35,233 nucleotides of DNA from a virus (lineage: Duplodnaviria; Caudoviricetes), in IMG/VR virus record IMGVR_UViG_3300011339_000251, positions 1 through 35,233 of that record. One strand, given 5' to 3'. The translations under genes and the position numbers were made by a program. Positions 7,900 to 17,031 of the stretch are shown piece by piece. Position 1 is the stretch's first letter, and the number at the start of each line of letters is the position of its first letter. Below the pieces are notes generated by a model. It saw only the letters and a program-made list of their open reading frames with translations. It searched no databases and was not told the origin of the DNA.

Positions 7900-9753
7900 A
7901 TGGCAACAGTTAGCTTAATTGATCCCTATTCGCAACAATCGGAAGAAATTGCCCGTCGCCGCCGCATGGCGCAAGCTTTGCAAGAGCAAGGATCGCAAGT
8001 TCTTGAAATGCCCACGATGCCTGGCGTTGCAATTAGCCCTTACGCTGGACTAGCAAAAGTCTTGCAAGCGGGCCTTGGTGCTTATGATGAAAAAAGAGCG
8101 TTAGAAGATTACGGCAAACTTCAGACGGATTACCGCAATAAATACAACACGCAATTTGGCGATTTGGCTAAAGCAATTTCTACCCCTGCTGTGCCAGGCG
8201 TTGAAGGTCAAGAGGCAATTCCAGGTCAAGAAGAAATTCCAGCACAGCCAGCAGTCATGGCGCCAAAGATTGAGCGTGGCTTTGGTGGTTATGGACAACC
8301 TCAAGAAGTTGGGCAATACGAAGTGTCGCCAGCCGTGGCAGGCCAAGCCGCAGTGCCAGGCCAACCCGCAATTCCTGCAAAAGCGGGAGTTCCGGCGGGC
8401 TACATTAGCCCCGAATTGCTGCAAGGAATTGATATTCCAGAAGTTAAGCAAATGGCAATGGCAAAGTACTTGGCGCAGTTTGAGCCTAAAGCGCCAATTA
8501 AAGGATCGCCTGGAGATGTATTTTTTGATCCAGTTACAGGAAAAGAACGATTTAGTGTGAAGGCAACAGTAACGCCACAGCGGGGTGTTGCTATGAGTCC
8601 AGGTCAACAATTACGCGATCCAATTTCTGGCGCATTGTTGGCAACAGCACCAGAAAAAATAGCAACACCAACACCACATTGGGAAGCAACTACTAAACAA
8701 ATCGATGGCAAACCGGTTGCGGGATGGATTAATTTAAATGCTGCTGACAAAGCGGCTTCTTTTGTTGCGGGTGAAAAACCAAAAGAAGAAAAAGTTATTG
8801 CGCCGCATTGGGAAGCAACCACTCAAATGGTTGAGGGAAAACCGGTTGCTGGTTGGATCAACGTAAACGCTGGCCCTAAAGCGCTAGAGACTTTTGTTGC
8901 TGGTGGAAAACCAAAAGAAAATGTGCCGCATTGGGTTGTAGGCCAAAAAGACGTAAATGGCACAACGCAATATGGTTGGTATGACTTAAATGCTGCGGAT
9001 CAAGATGCATCGTTTAAAGCGGGTGCAAATCCTCCAGCGGGTGAAAAATCTAATTGGAAAGAAGTTACCCGAAACGGTTTAGTTTATTACGAAGACTTTA
9101 CTATTCCTAACATTGCAGAACGTCAATCTAAAGCAATTACGAAAGAAGCCGTTAAAGAAGTGCGGACACCAACGCATTTTAGCGAAGTTGAAAAAGATGG
9201 AAATATTGTTATTGTTGACATGAATTTGCCATATGAACAACGTATGGCTAATGCTCAATTTAAAGCGCCAGTTCGCAACAACGTTGAAAAAGTTGAAACA
9301 AGGGACGCAAATAATAAACCCGTTACTCGATACGTTGATAAAGCTGTTCTTGCCACAATGGGCGACGTTCCCCCTCAATATAAAGGCTTCTTGGGTGAAT
9401 TGGCTGAAGCGGGTCAGTTGCCAGCAAATTGGCAAAGCATTCCTGAGATTTCTGGTTTAGTACGCCAAAACTTTATTAACAAAGCGGGCGCTATTACACC
9501 TAAAGACTTGGCAAGCCTAAAAGTTAGAATTGCAGAAGCCGCCGCGCGTCTTGGATACGAAGGCATTCCATTTAATACTAGCGGGCTTACACCGCCATTG
9601 TCAAACTACACAACTTTGAACGGCGGTTCTAGTGCGTCTTCTGCTCCTGCTGCGGCTGCTCGCCCCGTTCCTACAGATGCAGATCGCGCTCGTGGAAAAT
9701 CAAATGCAACATCTAGAGCTAACTTTATTCGTCACTTTGGAGTTGAACCATAA
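7900..9753 (+). CDS. Internal virion / ejection protein with internal repeats
   Basis: 617 aa; RRRRMAQALQ N-terminus, Pro/Ala-rich hexapeptide repeats, ~42-aa PHW repeats. Confidence 0.55.
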   Translation: MATVSLIDPYSQQSEEIARRRRMAQALQEQGSQVLEMPTMPGVAISPYAGLAKVLQAGLGAYDEKRALEDYGKLQTDYRNKYNTQFGDLAKAISTPAVPGVEGQEAIPGQEEIPAQPAVMAPKIERGFGGYGQPQEVGQYEVSPAVAGQAAVPGQPAIPAKAGVPAGYISPELLQGIDIPEVKQMAMAKYLAQFEPKAPIKGSPGDVFFDPVTGKERFSVKATVTPQRGVAMSPGQQLRDPISGALLATAPEKIATPTPHWEATTKQIDGKPVAGWINLNAADKAASFVAGEKPKEEKVIAPHWEATTQMVEGKPVAGWINVNAGPKALETFVAGGKPKENVPHWVVGQKDVNGTTQYGWYDLNAADQDASFKAGANPPAGEKSNWKEVTRNGLVYYEDFTIPNIAERQSKAITKEAVKEVRTPTHFSEVEKDGNIVIVDMNLPYEQRMANAQFKAPVRNNVEKVETRDANNKPVTRYVDKAVLATMGDVPPQYKGFLGELAEAGQLPANWQSIPEISGLVRQNFINKAGAITPKDLASLKVRIAEAAARLGYEGIPFNTSGLTPPLSNYTTLNGGSSASSAPAAAARPVPTDADRARGKSNATSRANFIRHFGVEP

Positions 9754-10535
9754 TGGCTGATTTTGATTGGGATAAACCTGCTACGCCCGTAGCCGCTAAA
9801 CCGCGCCCTATAGCGCCGGTTCCAATGGCAGCGCCTGCGGTTGCGCCCGATCCATTGGTTGCCGCCATGCAAACAATGAAAGCTGGTGGGGTTGCCCCTG
9901 CTGCGATTGCCGATGCAGCATTGCCACGCCAATCCGGTGAAAGCCCAAAAGCATATGATCAACGTATGGCAAAAGCGCGGGAAGAAGCCGATAAAGCATT
10001 AAGAGAAGCGGGAAATCCCAAAGCAAAAAATGAAGGACAAGGCCTTGCAACTGGATTTGGCATGAGGATGAAAGAATCCAATGCCATTTTGAACGCAATG
10101 GAAGATCGAGGCATTACCAACACCGGCGTGACGCGATCTGTTGTTTCCGGTGTTTTGGGCGCAATTCCTGCAATTGGTGAAAAATTAGAAGAAAAAACAT
10201 CAGCAGCAATGAATGTTTTGCCAAGTTGGGCTGGTGGCCCAAGCGCCGAACAACAACAAGTTGAACAAGCCCGACGAAATTTCATTACGGCAGTATTGAG
10301 AAAAGAATCCGGCGCAGTGATTAGCCCTCAAGAATTTATGGCTGAAGAGAAAAAATATTTTCCGCAGCTTGGCGATCTTGAGCCTGTTGTAAGGCAAAAA
10401 CGTGAAGCACGAGAAATTGCAATTCGCGCAATGGATGTTCAATCTGGCAACAAAACACCAACTGCTGCAATGCCAAGCGCCCCGCCAGCGGCTGCGGCGC
10501 AAGGTAGCGATCCACTTATGCTGCGGAGAAGGTAA
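9753..10535 (+). CDS. Putative internal virion protein
   Basis: TAATG coupling; NFITAVLRKESGA.I...E....KYFPQ.GD motif seen in ejection-region proteins. Confidence 0.55.
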   Translation: MADFDWDKPATPVAAKPRPIAPVPMAAPAVAPDPLVAAMQTMKAGGVAPAAIADAALPRQSGESPKAYDQRMAKAREEADKALREAGNPKAKNEGQGLATGFGMRMKESNAILNAMEDRGITNTGVTRSVVSGVLGAIPAIGEKLEEKTSAAMNVLPSWAGGPSAEQQQVEQARRNFITAVLRKESGAVISPQEFMAEEKKYFPQLGDLEPVVRQKREAREIAIRAMDVQSGNKTPTAAMPSAPPAAAAQGSDPLMLRRR

Positions 10536-12331
10536 TGGCAACACTTGCTGAATTTCGCACGAAGTATCCCCAATACAACGATATGCCAGACGTAGAGTTG
10601 GCGGATTCGTTGCATCAAAAATTTTATTCAGACATTCCAAGACCGCAATTTTTTCAACAACTTGACATTGTTGGATCGCAATTACCTGGAAGCGAAAAGA
10701 CCATCACTTTGCCAAAAAGTGAGCCAGGCATTATGGACAAACTTGGCGCTGTTTTGGAAGTGCCTGCAACAATGGCAACGGGGATTGTGTCAAGCGCGGT
10801 AGGTTTGCCCTATGGCTTGTACAAAGGTCTTACAAGCGGAAAATATGGAACACCCGAAGCACCCGAAATAGCGCAGCGTGAGGCCGCAGCATTTCAACAG
10901 CGCAACACCTACCAACCGCGCACCGAAACGGCCCAAGATGTTATGGGTGGCATGGCAAAAGTTTTAGGCGGTTTACCACCAACCCTTGGCGCAACCGGAA
11001 GCACTTTAACTGCCCTTACACCGCCTGTAATGGGGCAAATGCGGGCTGCGGTGGCTCCGGCTGCGGCATCCACCCAGCAACGCATGGCGGCGCTTTTAGC
11101 GCCTAAACCCACAATGATGGGCGGCGGTGCGGCATCGGCAGATGAAACCGTGTTGCGGCAACAAAGAGCATTAAACCAAGGCATTCCGCTTACCAAGGGG
11201 CAACAAACACAAAATTTTGCCCAACAACAATTTGAATCAGATGTGGTCAAGCAAAGTCCTGACCTTGCAACCAGTTTGTCAGAATTCCAAAAAAGGCAAA
11301 AAAGAGAAATTCAAGGACGTTTTGAACAATTGATTGACCAAACGGGCGCTAATGTTGATGTGTCAAATCCTCGAAAAGTTGGCGCAATTGTGGATTCTGC
11401 TTTGGTAAAACAATTTGAATCAAAGAAAAAATTGGTGGATGATGCTTACCAAAAAGCTAGAGATGCAGGCGAAACTAAAGCAGTGGTAGACACATCAAAA
11501 TTAGATCAATGGTTAGTTGACAATGCGCCCGAAGCCATTTCTGTGCCTCAAATTAACTCTATCAAAGCCAAATTGGATGCGCTAAAAACAGCTACCGGTG
11601 GAAAAGTAACCGTGGATGATTTAGAAAATCTTTACAAGGCCGCAGGGCAGCTTGGCAAGCCAGGCGACCCGTCAAATGTGTTTATGAGGCAAGTTAAAAA
11701 CGTGATCAATGATGTGACTGAAGGCGCTGGTGGTGATCTTTACCGCGCCGCCCGTGCAGAACGCGCAGGCTTAGCCAGACAATTTGAAGACACTTACAGG
11801 GTTGCCAAGCTATTGGGCACAAAAGGCGGCTACGCTGACCGCGCCGTGGCTTTAGATGATGTGTTCTCCCATGTTGTTCTTGATGGCAATTTGGATCAAA
11901 TGCGGACGGTCACAAAATTGCTCAAAAATGGCGGCGAAGATGGACAAAAAGCCTATGCTGCGCTGCAAGGTCAGACTATTCAATACCTCAAAGACCAACT
12001 CAATAGAAACACAAGCGGCAAGCTGTCTTATGACGCATTTGCCAAGACACTTGCAACATTGGACAAAGAGGGCAAGCTTGATTATATGTTTGGTAAAAAA
12101 GGGCGTGAAACCCTTACGGAACTGCAAGGCACATTGCGCGATGCGCTTGTTGAGATTCCTGGCACGGTTAACTATTCCAACACCGGCAGCGTGGTTGTTC
12201 GGGCATTGGACAAGTTGGCAGCATTGCGGATTCCATTGGCAAAAACAGTTTCTGACATTGCCAAAGAAAGCGAACTAAAGAAAAAAGTTGAACAATCCAT
12301 CACTTATGATGCAACAAAGGTGAAACCATGA
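10535..12331 (+). CDS. Large internal virion / DNA transfer protein
   Basis: EFR.KYPQY.DM.D.ELAD.LH.KFYSD N-terminal motif, helical composition, position before tail fibre. Confidence 0.6.
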   Translation: MATLAEFRTKYPQYNDMPDVELADSLHQKFYSDIPRPQFFQQLDIVGSQLPGSEKTITLPKSEPGIMDKLGAVLEVPATMATGIVSSAVGLPYGLYKGLTSGKYGTPEAPEIAQREAAAFQQRNTYQPRTETAQDVMGGMAKVLGGLPPTLGATGSTLTALTPPVMGQMRAAVAPAAASTQQRMAALLAPKPTMMGGGAASADETVLRQQRALNQGIPLTKGQQTQNFAQQQFESDVVKQSPDLATSLSEFQKRQKREIQGRFEQLIDQTGANVDVSNPRKVGAIVDSALVKQFESKKKLVDDAYQKARDAGETKAVVDTSKLDQWLVDNAPEAISVPQINSIKAKLDALKTATGGKVTVDDLENLYKAAGQLGKPGDPSNVFMRQVKNVINDVTEGAGGDLYRAARAERAGLARQFEDTYRVAKLLGTKGGYADRAVALDDVFSHVVLDGNLDQMRTVTKLLKNGGEDGQKAYAALQGQTIQYLKDQLNRNTSGKLSYDAFAKTLATLDKEGKLDYMFGKKGRETLTELQGTLRDALVEIPGTVNYSNTGSVVVRALDKLAALRIPLAKTVSDIAKESELKKKVEQSITYDATKVKP

Positions 12332-13347
12332 GTTACAACGGCTCCGGCACATTCCAAATTAACACTTCGGGGCAACCCGTGGTGACCGGCACAATTATTA
12401 GTAGCACCGCGTTTAACTCATTGACTGCGGATTTAGCCACCGGCTTGTCTACCGCAATCACAAAGGACGGGCAAACGGCAACCACCGTGCGAATTCCTTT
12501 TGCCCAAGGCATTAGTTCAACCCTTGCCACAGACTCTACAAGCGGCTCTACAGGCTCAATTTTTACTGCTGGCGGGGTAGGTATTACCAAAAGTTTGTTT
12601 GTCGGTGGCACGGCAACATTCAGCGCAACGCCAATCTTTTCTGCGCTGACCGCATCAAGTGCAGTGGCAACCGATGCATCTAAAGCATTGGTCAGCGTCA
12701 CCAACACCGGCACAGGCAACAATGTCCTTGCAACCAATCCAACATTGGCAACGCCAAATATTACTTCCGGTCTAACACTAACAAGCGCGGCGGGAACAAG
12801 CGGACAAGTGCTTACTTCTGCTGGCTCCGGTTTTGCGCCTACTTGGACAACGCCATCAACTGCAAGCGGCACGGTTACATCGGTTGCAACCGGAACGGGT
12901 CTTACTGGTGGGCCAATTACTACTACAGGAACAATTGCTATTGATAGCACTGTTGCAACGCTGACCGGCACTCAAACGCTGACGAATAAGACGCTGACAA
13001 CACCCAACATTGATTCGGCGCAGTTTGCCACGGTATCGGGTACAGCGCCTTTGTACGCTGCTAGGGCTTGGGTAAACTTCAACGGCACGGGCACGGTGGC
13101 AATTCGTGCAAGCGGGAATGTGTCAAGTATTACAGACAATGGTACTGGTGACTACACAGTGAACTTCACCACGGCGATGTCCGACGCAAATTACGCCCCT
13201 GCATTGGCCATTCAAAAACAAACATCAGGTGTAGCAGGTTTGTCAAGAAATGTTACAGCAACTTCATCTGCGTATAGACTTTTAACAACTGATACGTCAG
13301 GCGTAGCTTTAGATGTCGAATACATAGGCGTAACCATTTTGCGTTAA
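12328..13347 (+). CDS. Tail fibre protein
   Basis: MSYNGSG N-terminal anchor, Thr/Ser/Gly-rich shaft (GTVTSV, TQTLTNKTL), C-terminal ARAWVNFNG...NVSSITD.GTGDYTVNF domain. Confidence 0.8.
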   Translation: MSYNGSGTFQINTSGQPVVTGTIISSTAFNSLTADLATGLSTAITKDGQTATTVRIPFAQGISSTLATDSTSGSTGSIFTAGGVGITKSLFVGGTATFSATPIFSALTASSAVATDASKALVSVTNTGTGNNVLATNPTLATPNITSGLTLTSAAGTSGQVLTSAGSGFAPTWTTPSTASGTVTSVATGTGLTGGPITTTGTIAIDSTVATLTGTQTLTNKTLTTPNIDSAQFATVSGTAPLYAARAWVNFNGTGTVAIRASGNVSSITDNGTGDYTVNFTTAMSDANYAPALAIQKQTSGVAGLSRNVTATSSAYRLLTTDTSGVALDVEYIGVTILR

Positions 13348-13356
13348 GGAATTAAT

Positions 13357-13530
13357 ATGCCACGAATTATCTACAAAACACCAGACGGCGGCGTAGCAGT
13401 CATTATTCCCGCTGACACCATTGAAGCCTGCATGAAGGATATTCCAGAGGGCGCTGAGTACGCCATTGTGGATGCAGCAGACATTCCAGAAGACCGTACA
13501 TTTCGAGGAGCGTGGACATGGGAATCGTAA
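13357..13530 (+). CDS. Small tail-fibre-associated protein (57 aa, not in ORF track)
   Basis: RBS AAGGA; MPRIIYKTPDGGVAVIIP...DIPEDRTFRGAWTWES read by hand. Confidence 0.75.
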   Translation: MPRIIYKTPDGGVAVIIPADTIEACMKDIPEGAEYAIVDAADIPEDRTFRGAWTWES

Positions 13531-13742
13531 TCAACATCGACAAGGCCAAGACCATTGCCCACGACATACGCCGTGCTGCTCGATCTGCTGAGTTTGCTCC
13601 GCTAGACATCAAGGCAACTATTCCATCTGAAGCAACGGCAGCAGAGGCCGCAAGGCAAGTTATTCGGGATAAGTACGCCGCTATGCAAGCATCAATTGAT
13701 GCGGCAACGACTACCGACGAGATTAAGGCTGCAATGCCATGA
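13518..13742 (+). CDS. Small tail-fibre assembly/chaperone-like protein
   Basis: INIDKAK.IAHD.RR..R..EF.PLD motif, follows fibre gene. Confidence 0.65.
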   Translation: MGIVINIDKAKTIAHDIRRAARSAEFAPLDIKATIPSEATAAEAARQVIRDKYAAMQASIDAATTTDEIKAAMP

Positions 13743-13975
13743 ACACTCCCGAAACTATTGATCCGATCCGATACGGAGTCCTTTGGCAAAAGGTGCAGGA
13801 CTACGAGCGCCGGTTCGACGAGATGAGCGCCAAGATTGACAAGCTGGAGACCAACATCGACAAGCTGGTAGAGATGGCAAATCAATCCAAAGGCGGCTTT
13901 TGGATGGGCATGGTTGCCGTTAGCGCCATAGGCAGCGTGTTGGGTTATGTAGCCAATTGGATAGGTAAACACTAA
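13739..13975 (+). CDS. Coiled-coil protein with C-terminal transmembrane helix (lysis region)
   Basis: Heptad coiled coil then KGGFWMGMVAVSAIGSVLGYV hydrophobic segment. Confidence 0.65.
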   Translation: MNTPETIDPIRYGVLWQKVQDYERRFDEMSAKIDKLETNIDKLVEMANQSKGGFWMGMVAVSAIGSVLGYVANWIGKH

Positions 13976-13978
13976 TGT

Positions 13979-14287
13979 ATGCGCTGGGCCGTACTCCTCT
14001 TGGCGCTGATAACGGTATCAGTTGCCCAAGACAGGCTGATCCTGTCCACGGAGCCGCCACCCAAGAAGCCGCCCAAAGCACCATCAAACTGCCCGCTACA
14101 AGAACTGTACGTCATTGGCTGGGCGACGCACGACCCAGCAGAGCGCCACAAGGCTATGCTGGAATGGCTAGATAGGTCAAAATGCAGCGCGGACGATTAC
14201 GTTTTAATTTGGAACGCTTTGCCAGAATGGGCGGGCACATCGGATAGTCCCATGTTACGGGCCAAAATCATGGAGAAGGTAAGATGA
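13979..14287 (+). CDS. Putative exported protein
   Basis: Signal-peptide-like N-terminus MRWAVLLLALITVSVAQ, Pro-rich linker, two Cys. Confidence 0.6.
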   Translation: MRWAVLLLALITVSVAQDRLILSTEPPPKKPPKAPSNCPLQELYVIGWATHDPAERHKAMLEWLDRSKCSADDYVLIWNALPEWAGTSDSPMLRAKIMEKVR

Positions 14288-14514
14288 ACGAATCATGGTT
14301 AGCACGCAACATACAGCCGATCACGGTTGTGTTTCTGCTGTTCTCCTATTTTTTCTTTGCGCTGTTGTCTGTCTTTGAAATGGAGACACGAGGCGCATAC
14401 GTTGACTTGCTGGGCCAAGCAATGATTATTGTGATCACCGCTATCTTTGCGGGTAAAACCGCCGAGAAAATTGTAGACATCCGAACAAACAAAGGAACAC
14501 CAAATGGCCCTTGA
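14284..14514 (+). CDS. Two-TM membrane protein (holin/antiholin-like)
   Basis: Two hydrophobic helices, ATGA coupling, next to holin. Confidence 0.55.
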   Translation: MNESWLARNIQPITVVFLLFSYFFFALLSVFEMETRGAYVDLLGQAMIIVITAIFAGKTAEKIVDIRTNKGTPNGP

Positions 14515-14911
14515 TCCTATCTCCGCACTGCTAGACGTTGGCAGCAAAGTTATTGACCGCGTATGGCCCGATCCAGCCCAAGCAGCCAGTGCCAAACTGG
14601 AATTGATGAAGTTGCAACAGTCTGGCGAACTAGCCCAGATTGCGGGGCAAATGGACATCAACAAAGTCGAGGCGGCAAACCCTAGCGTTTTTGTCAGCGG
14701 CTGGAGGCCAGGCATTGGCTGGGTTTGTGGTGCTGGCTTTGCCGTCCAATTTGTAGTTGGGCCGTTAGCCGAGTGGGGGTCTGCTTTATATGGGCATCCA
14801 GTTAAATTCCCGCAAATGGACACGGGCACTATGATGCCGTTGCTCTTAGGAATGCTGGGGCTGGGTGGTATGCGTACCGCTGAAAAAATTCAAGGCGTAG
14901 CAGCTAAATGA
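14504..14911 (+). CDS. Holin (3TM GTA-type holin family)
   Basis: FVSGWRP.IGWVC and LLGMLGLGGMRT.EK motifs, directly before endolysin. Confidence 0.85.
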   Translation: MALDPISALLDVGSKVIDRVWPDPAQAASAKLELMKLQQSGELAQIAGQMDINKVEAANPSVFVSGWRPGIGWVCGAGFAVQFVVGPLAEWGSALYGHPVKFPQMDTGTMMPLLLGMLGLGGMRTAEKIQGVAAK

Positions 14912-15342
14912 CACCTAATTTCACGTTGGCAGAATTAACTGTCACCGATCACCGAGAATTTAAAAATGAGCCTAACCCTATTGAAACAGCAAATCTTAAA
15001 CGCTTGGCTAACCTTTTGGAACAAGTTAAAGTCGCTATCGGCGGCAAGCCGGTCATGGTTAACAGCGCGTTTCGGAGCAAGCAAGTAAATGACGCAGTGG
15101 GCAGTAAAGACACTAGCCAGCATCGGCTCGGCTGCGCTGCTGATATTCGTGTACCTGGCATGGGCCCAGATGCTGTAGTCAAAGCAATCATTGCCGCTAA
15201 ATTGCCTTTTGACCAATTGATCCGTGAGTTTGCAACACCGAATGGTGGTGGCTGGACGCACATTAGCATAACCAATGACCCCAAGGGAAAACCTCGGGGC
15301 CAGGTACTAATTATTGACGCACAAGGGACTCGGCCTTACTAG
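14908..15342 (+). CDS. Endolysin, peptidase M15A family
   Basis: NFTLAEL, S.FRS..VN.AVG...SQH..G.AAD, FDQLI.E, W.HIS zinc-peptidase motifs. Confidence 0.9.
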   Translation: MTPNFTLAELTVTDHREFKNEPNPIETANLKRLANLLEQVKVAIGGKPVMVNSAFRSKQVNDAVGSKDTSQHRLGCAADIRVPGMGPDAVVKAIIAAKLPFDQLIREFATPNGGGWTHISITNDPKGKPRGQVLIIDAQGTRPY

Positions 15343-15511
15343 CTATTGTGCGTATTGACTCTAGCATTGCTTTGCAATCGTCTATAGCTGCGTTGGTGTT
15401 CTCTATTGCTTTAACGTAATCGCGTTCAAGCATTGCTTGATGGGCTTGTTTTAAAGCTTTTTCAGCGCACATACAAGGCCAAGCGTAATCTATGATTTCT
15501 TCAACTTTCAT
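15311..15511 (-). CDS. Hypothetical protein
   Basis: Last gene of the - strand arm; likely start MKVEEIIDYA coupled to the upstream stop. Confidence 0.6.
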   Translation of the reverse strand: MKVEEIIDYAWPCMCAEKALKQAHQAMLERDYVKAIENTNAAIDDCKAMLESIRTIASKAESLVRQ

Positions 15512-15762
15512 GTGTTCTTTCTTTTTAGTGTAGCTAAGCACCACGCAACACCCTGGTCAAACACGTCGGGCATATCTTCAATTTCTTTCCAATCAGCATC
15601 CGTCAACCCTACCAACGGGCGCTGTGCTGCCTTCTTGCCATCGTAGTACCCAGACTGATATGCAACGGTCAGTGCATCGCCGTAATCTTTGTAGACCTGT
15701 GTGTCGTCTTCATCATTCAGCTTGTCCCGCGCCGCAGCGCGTTTTGATTTGTAGCCTGTCAT
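15508..15762 (-). CDS. Hypothetical protein
   Basis: 84 aa, AYQSGYYDG and VGLTD motifs common in small phage ORFs, ATGA coupling. Confidence 0.7.
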   Translation of the reverse strand: MTGYKSKRAAARDKLNDEDDTQVYKDYGDALTVAYQSGYYDGKKAAQRPLVGLTDADWKEIEDMPDVFDQGVAWCLATLKRKNT

Positions 15763-16436
15763 GTTGTTCCCCTTAATTTGTAATCTTTAAACACTGTTCC
15801 TTTGGTTGCATCACCCCTCCAGCACTCTTTGACCCACCCACGCTTACCGGATTTGTAAGTACGCCAATGGCCCCTTGCTTGATGCCTGCGTGGGCTTGCG
15901 TGTGTCCCGCCTTGGTGTTCTTGGCTTGTCTTGGGCGGCTCAATCACTATTGTGTGCCAGTCGTATGTGGGCAGTTTGCCTTCTTTTATTTTGCGGCGGT
16001 TTGTGAATGTGTCCTTTGCTGTTGGGACGTACGCTTCAACTCTCATATCCAATGAGGCGTAAAACATGGCGACAATCGCGCACATCATTGACTGGTCTTG
16101 CGGGTCAATTGGCTTGTCAACCTCGCCCGTCTTTGGCTCTCCGTTATCTTCAGCAAACAAAAAAGTCCCAAGGGTTTTGTACCCCGTTGGTTTCATAATC
16201 CAACCCGTCACAATGGTTGCTATTGGCTCTGCCAGCACTGACAACATGAAGTCACCCTGCGCTGTCTTTCCACACAGCATCATGTTTTTGTAAGGTGCTG
16301 GATGCAGTAAATACTTTTTTTGGTCGTAGCCAATGTATTCTTTGATTGCTCCAGTCACATCAAACCATTGCATCTGAGTTGGGTCAAGATTAGCAACCGA
16401 CACCATCTTGACCATTTCCCGTATCAAAGGTGTCAT
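15759..16436 (-). CDS. Hypothetical phage protein with HASPRRH..RGHWR motif
   Basis: 225 aa, basic C-terminal motif suggesting nucleic-acid binding. Confidence 0.75.
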   Translation of the reverse strand: MTPLIREMVKMVSVANLDPTQMQWFDVTGAIKEYIGYDQKKYLLHPAPYKNMMLCGKTAQGDFMLSVLAEPIATIVTGWIMKPTGYKTLGTFLFAEDNGEPKTGEVDKPIDPQDQSMMCAIVAMFYASLDMRVEAYVPTAKDTFTNRRKIKEGKLPTYDWHTIVIEPPKTSQEHQGGTHASPRRHQARGHWRTYKSGKRGWVKECWRGDATKGTVFKDYKLRGTT

Positions 16437-16558
16437 TGCGGCTTCTCCTCGTCTCCAAAGTCCATATCAACAGGGTGCGGCACATCGTCATGCACGATAA
16501 CGCCATGCTCATCTGCTGGTAAAAACTTACAGCATACTACGCAGTAATATCCAGTCAT
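16433..16558 (-). CDS. Small Cys/His-containing protein (41 aa, not in ORF track)
   Basis: MTGYYCVVCCKFLP...; ATGA overlaps at both ends, RBS AGGGG. Confidence 0.65.
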   Translation of the reverse strand: MTGYYCVVCCKFLPADEHGVIVHDDVPHPVDMDFGDEEKPQ

Positions 16559-16794
16559 GTTGTTCCCCTTGCTCGGATTGCGTCTTCAATTCGCTTGCGT
16601 TCCTTTTGCAAGATAAACAGCGTCTTTGTCTGCACTGGCTCACCAGTACCAGCGTGTACCAGCTTGATGCACGCCTCACGCTCATGTGCTGCTACCAAGG
16701 CTGCAAACTTTTCAAGGGCTTCTTGATAGATGCCATCCAAGTGCGGACGCATTCCAATTAGTTTGCATTCCTGTGCCATTTCAATGATGTTCAT
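16555..16794 (-). CDS. Hypothetical protein
   Basis: LEKFAALVAAHEREAC...AIRARG motif common in small proteobacterial phage ORFs. Confidence 0.75.
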   Translation of the reverse strand: MNIIEMAQECKLIGMRPHLDGIYQEALEKFAALVAAHEREACIKLVHAGTGEPVQTKTLFILQKERKRIEDAIRARGTT

Positions 16795-16797
16795 GTG

Positions 16798-17031
16798 TCA
16801 CCCCAATTTATAGGTTAATTGATACAAAAAATAATAAAGCAACCCTACTGTGATGGTGATTGTCAATATAGAGATAAGTAACTTCACGGACGCAAATACT
16901 TCCTCAACTGGGTCGGGGTCATGCAGTTCTGGCATTTCTTTATTTATGTAGGCTTTGTCTTGCTTTTTCACTTGTACTCTCCTAAACGGGTCTTTAAACG
17001 TTCTATACGGGCTAGGCTTAGATCGTGGCAC
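16798..17031 (-). CDS. Small membrane protein
   Basis: C-terminal TM helix; start uncertain, possibly near 16971. Confidence 0.45.
   Translation of the reverse strand: MPRSKPSPYRTFKDPFRRVQVKKQDKAYINKEMPELHDPDPVEEVFASVKLLISILTITITVGLLYYFLYQLTYKLG

Noticed and set aside
12333-12971. Long antisense ORFs (also 13403-13972, 14299-14829, 27071-27592, 32833-33381)
   Set aside because: They are shadows of well-supported + strand genes with biased codon use and have no RBS or recognisable motifs
12328-13347. Diversity-generating retroelement targeting the tail fibre
   Set aside because: No reverse transcriptase ORF and no second near-copy of the fibre 3' end differing at adenines was seen
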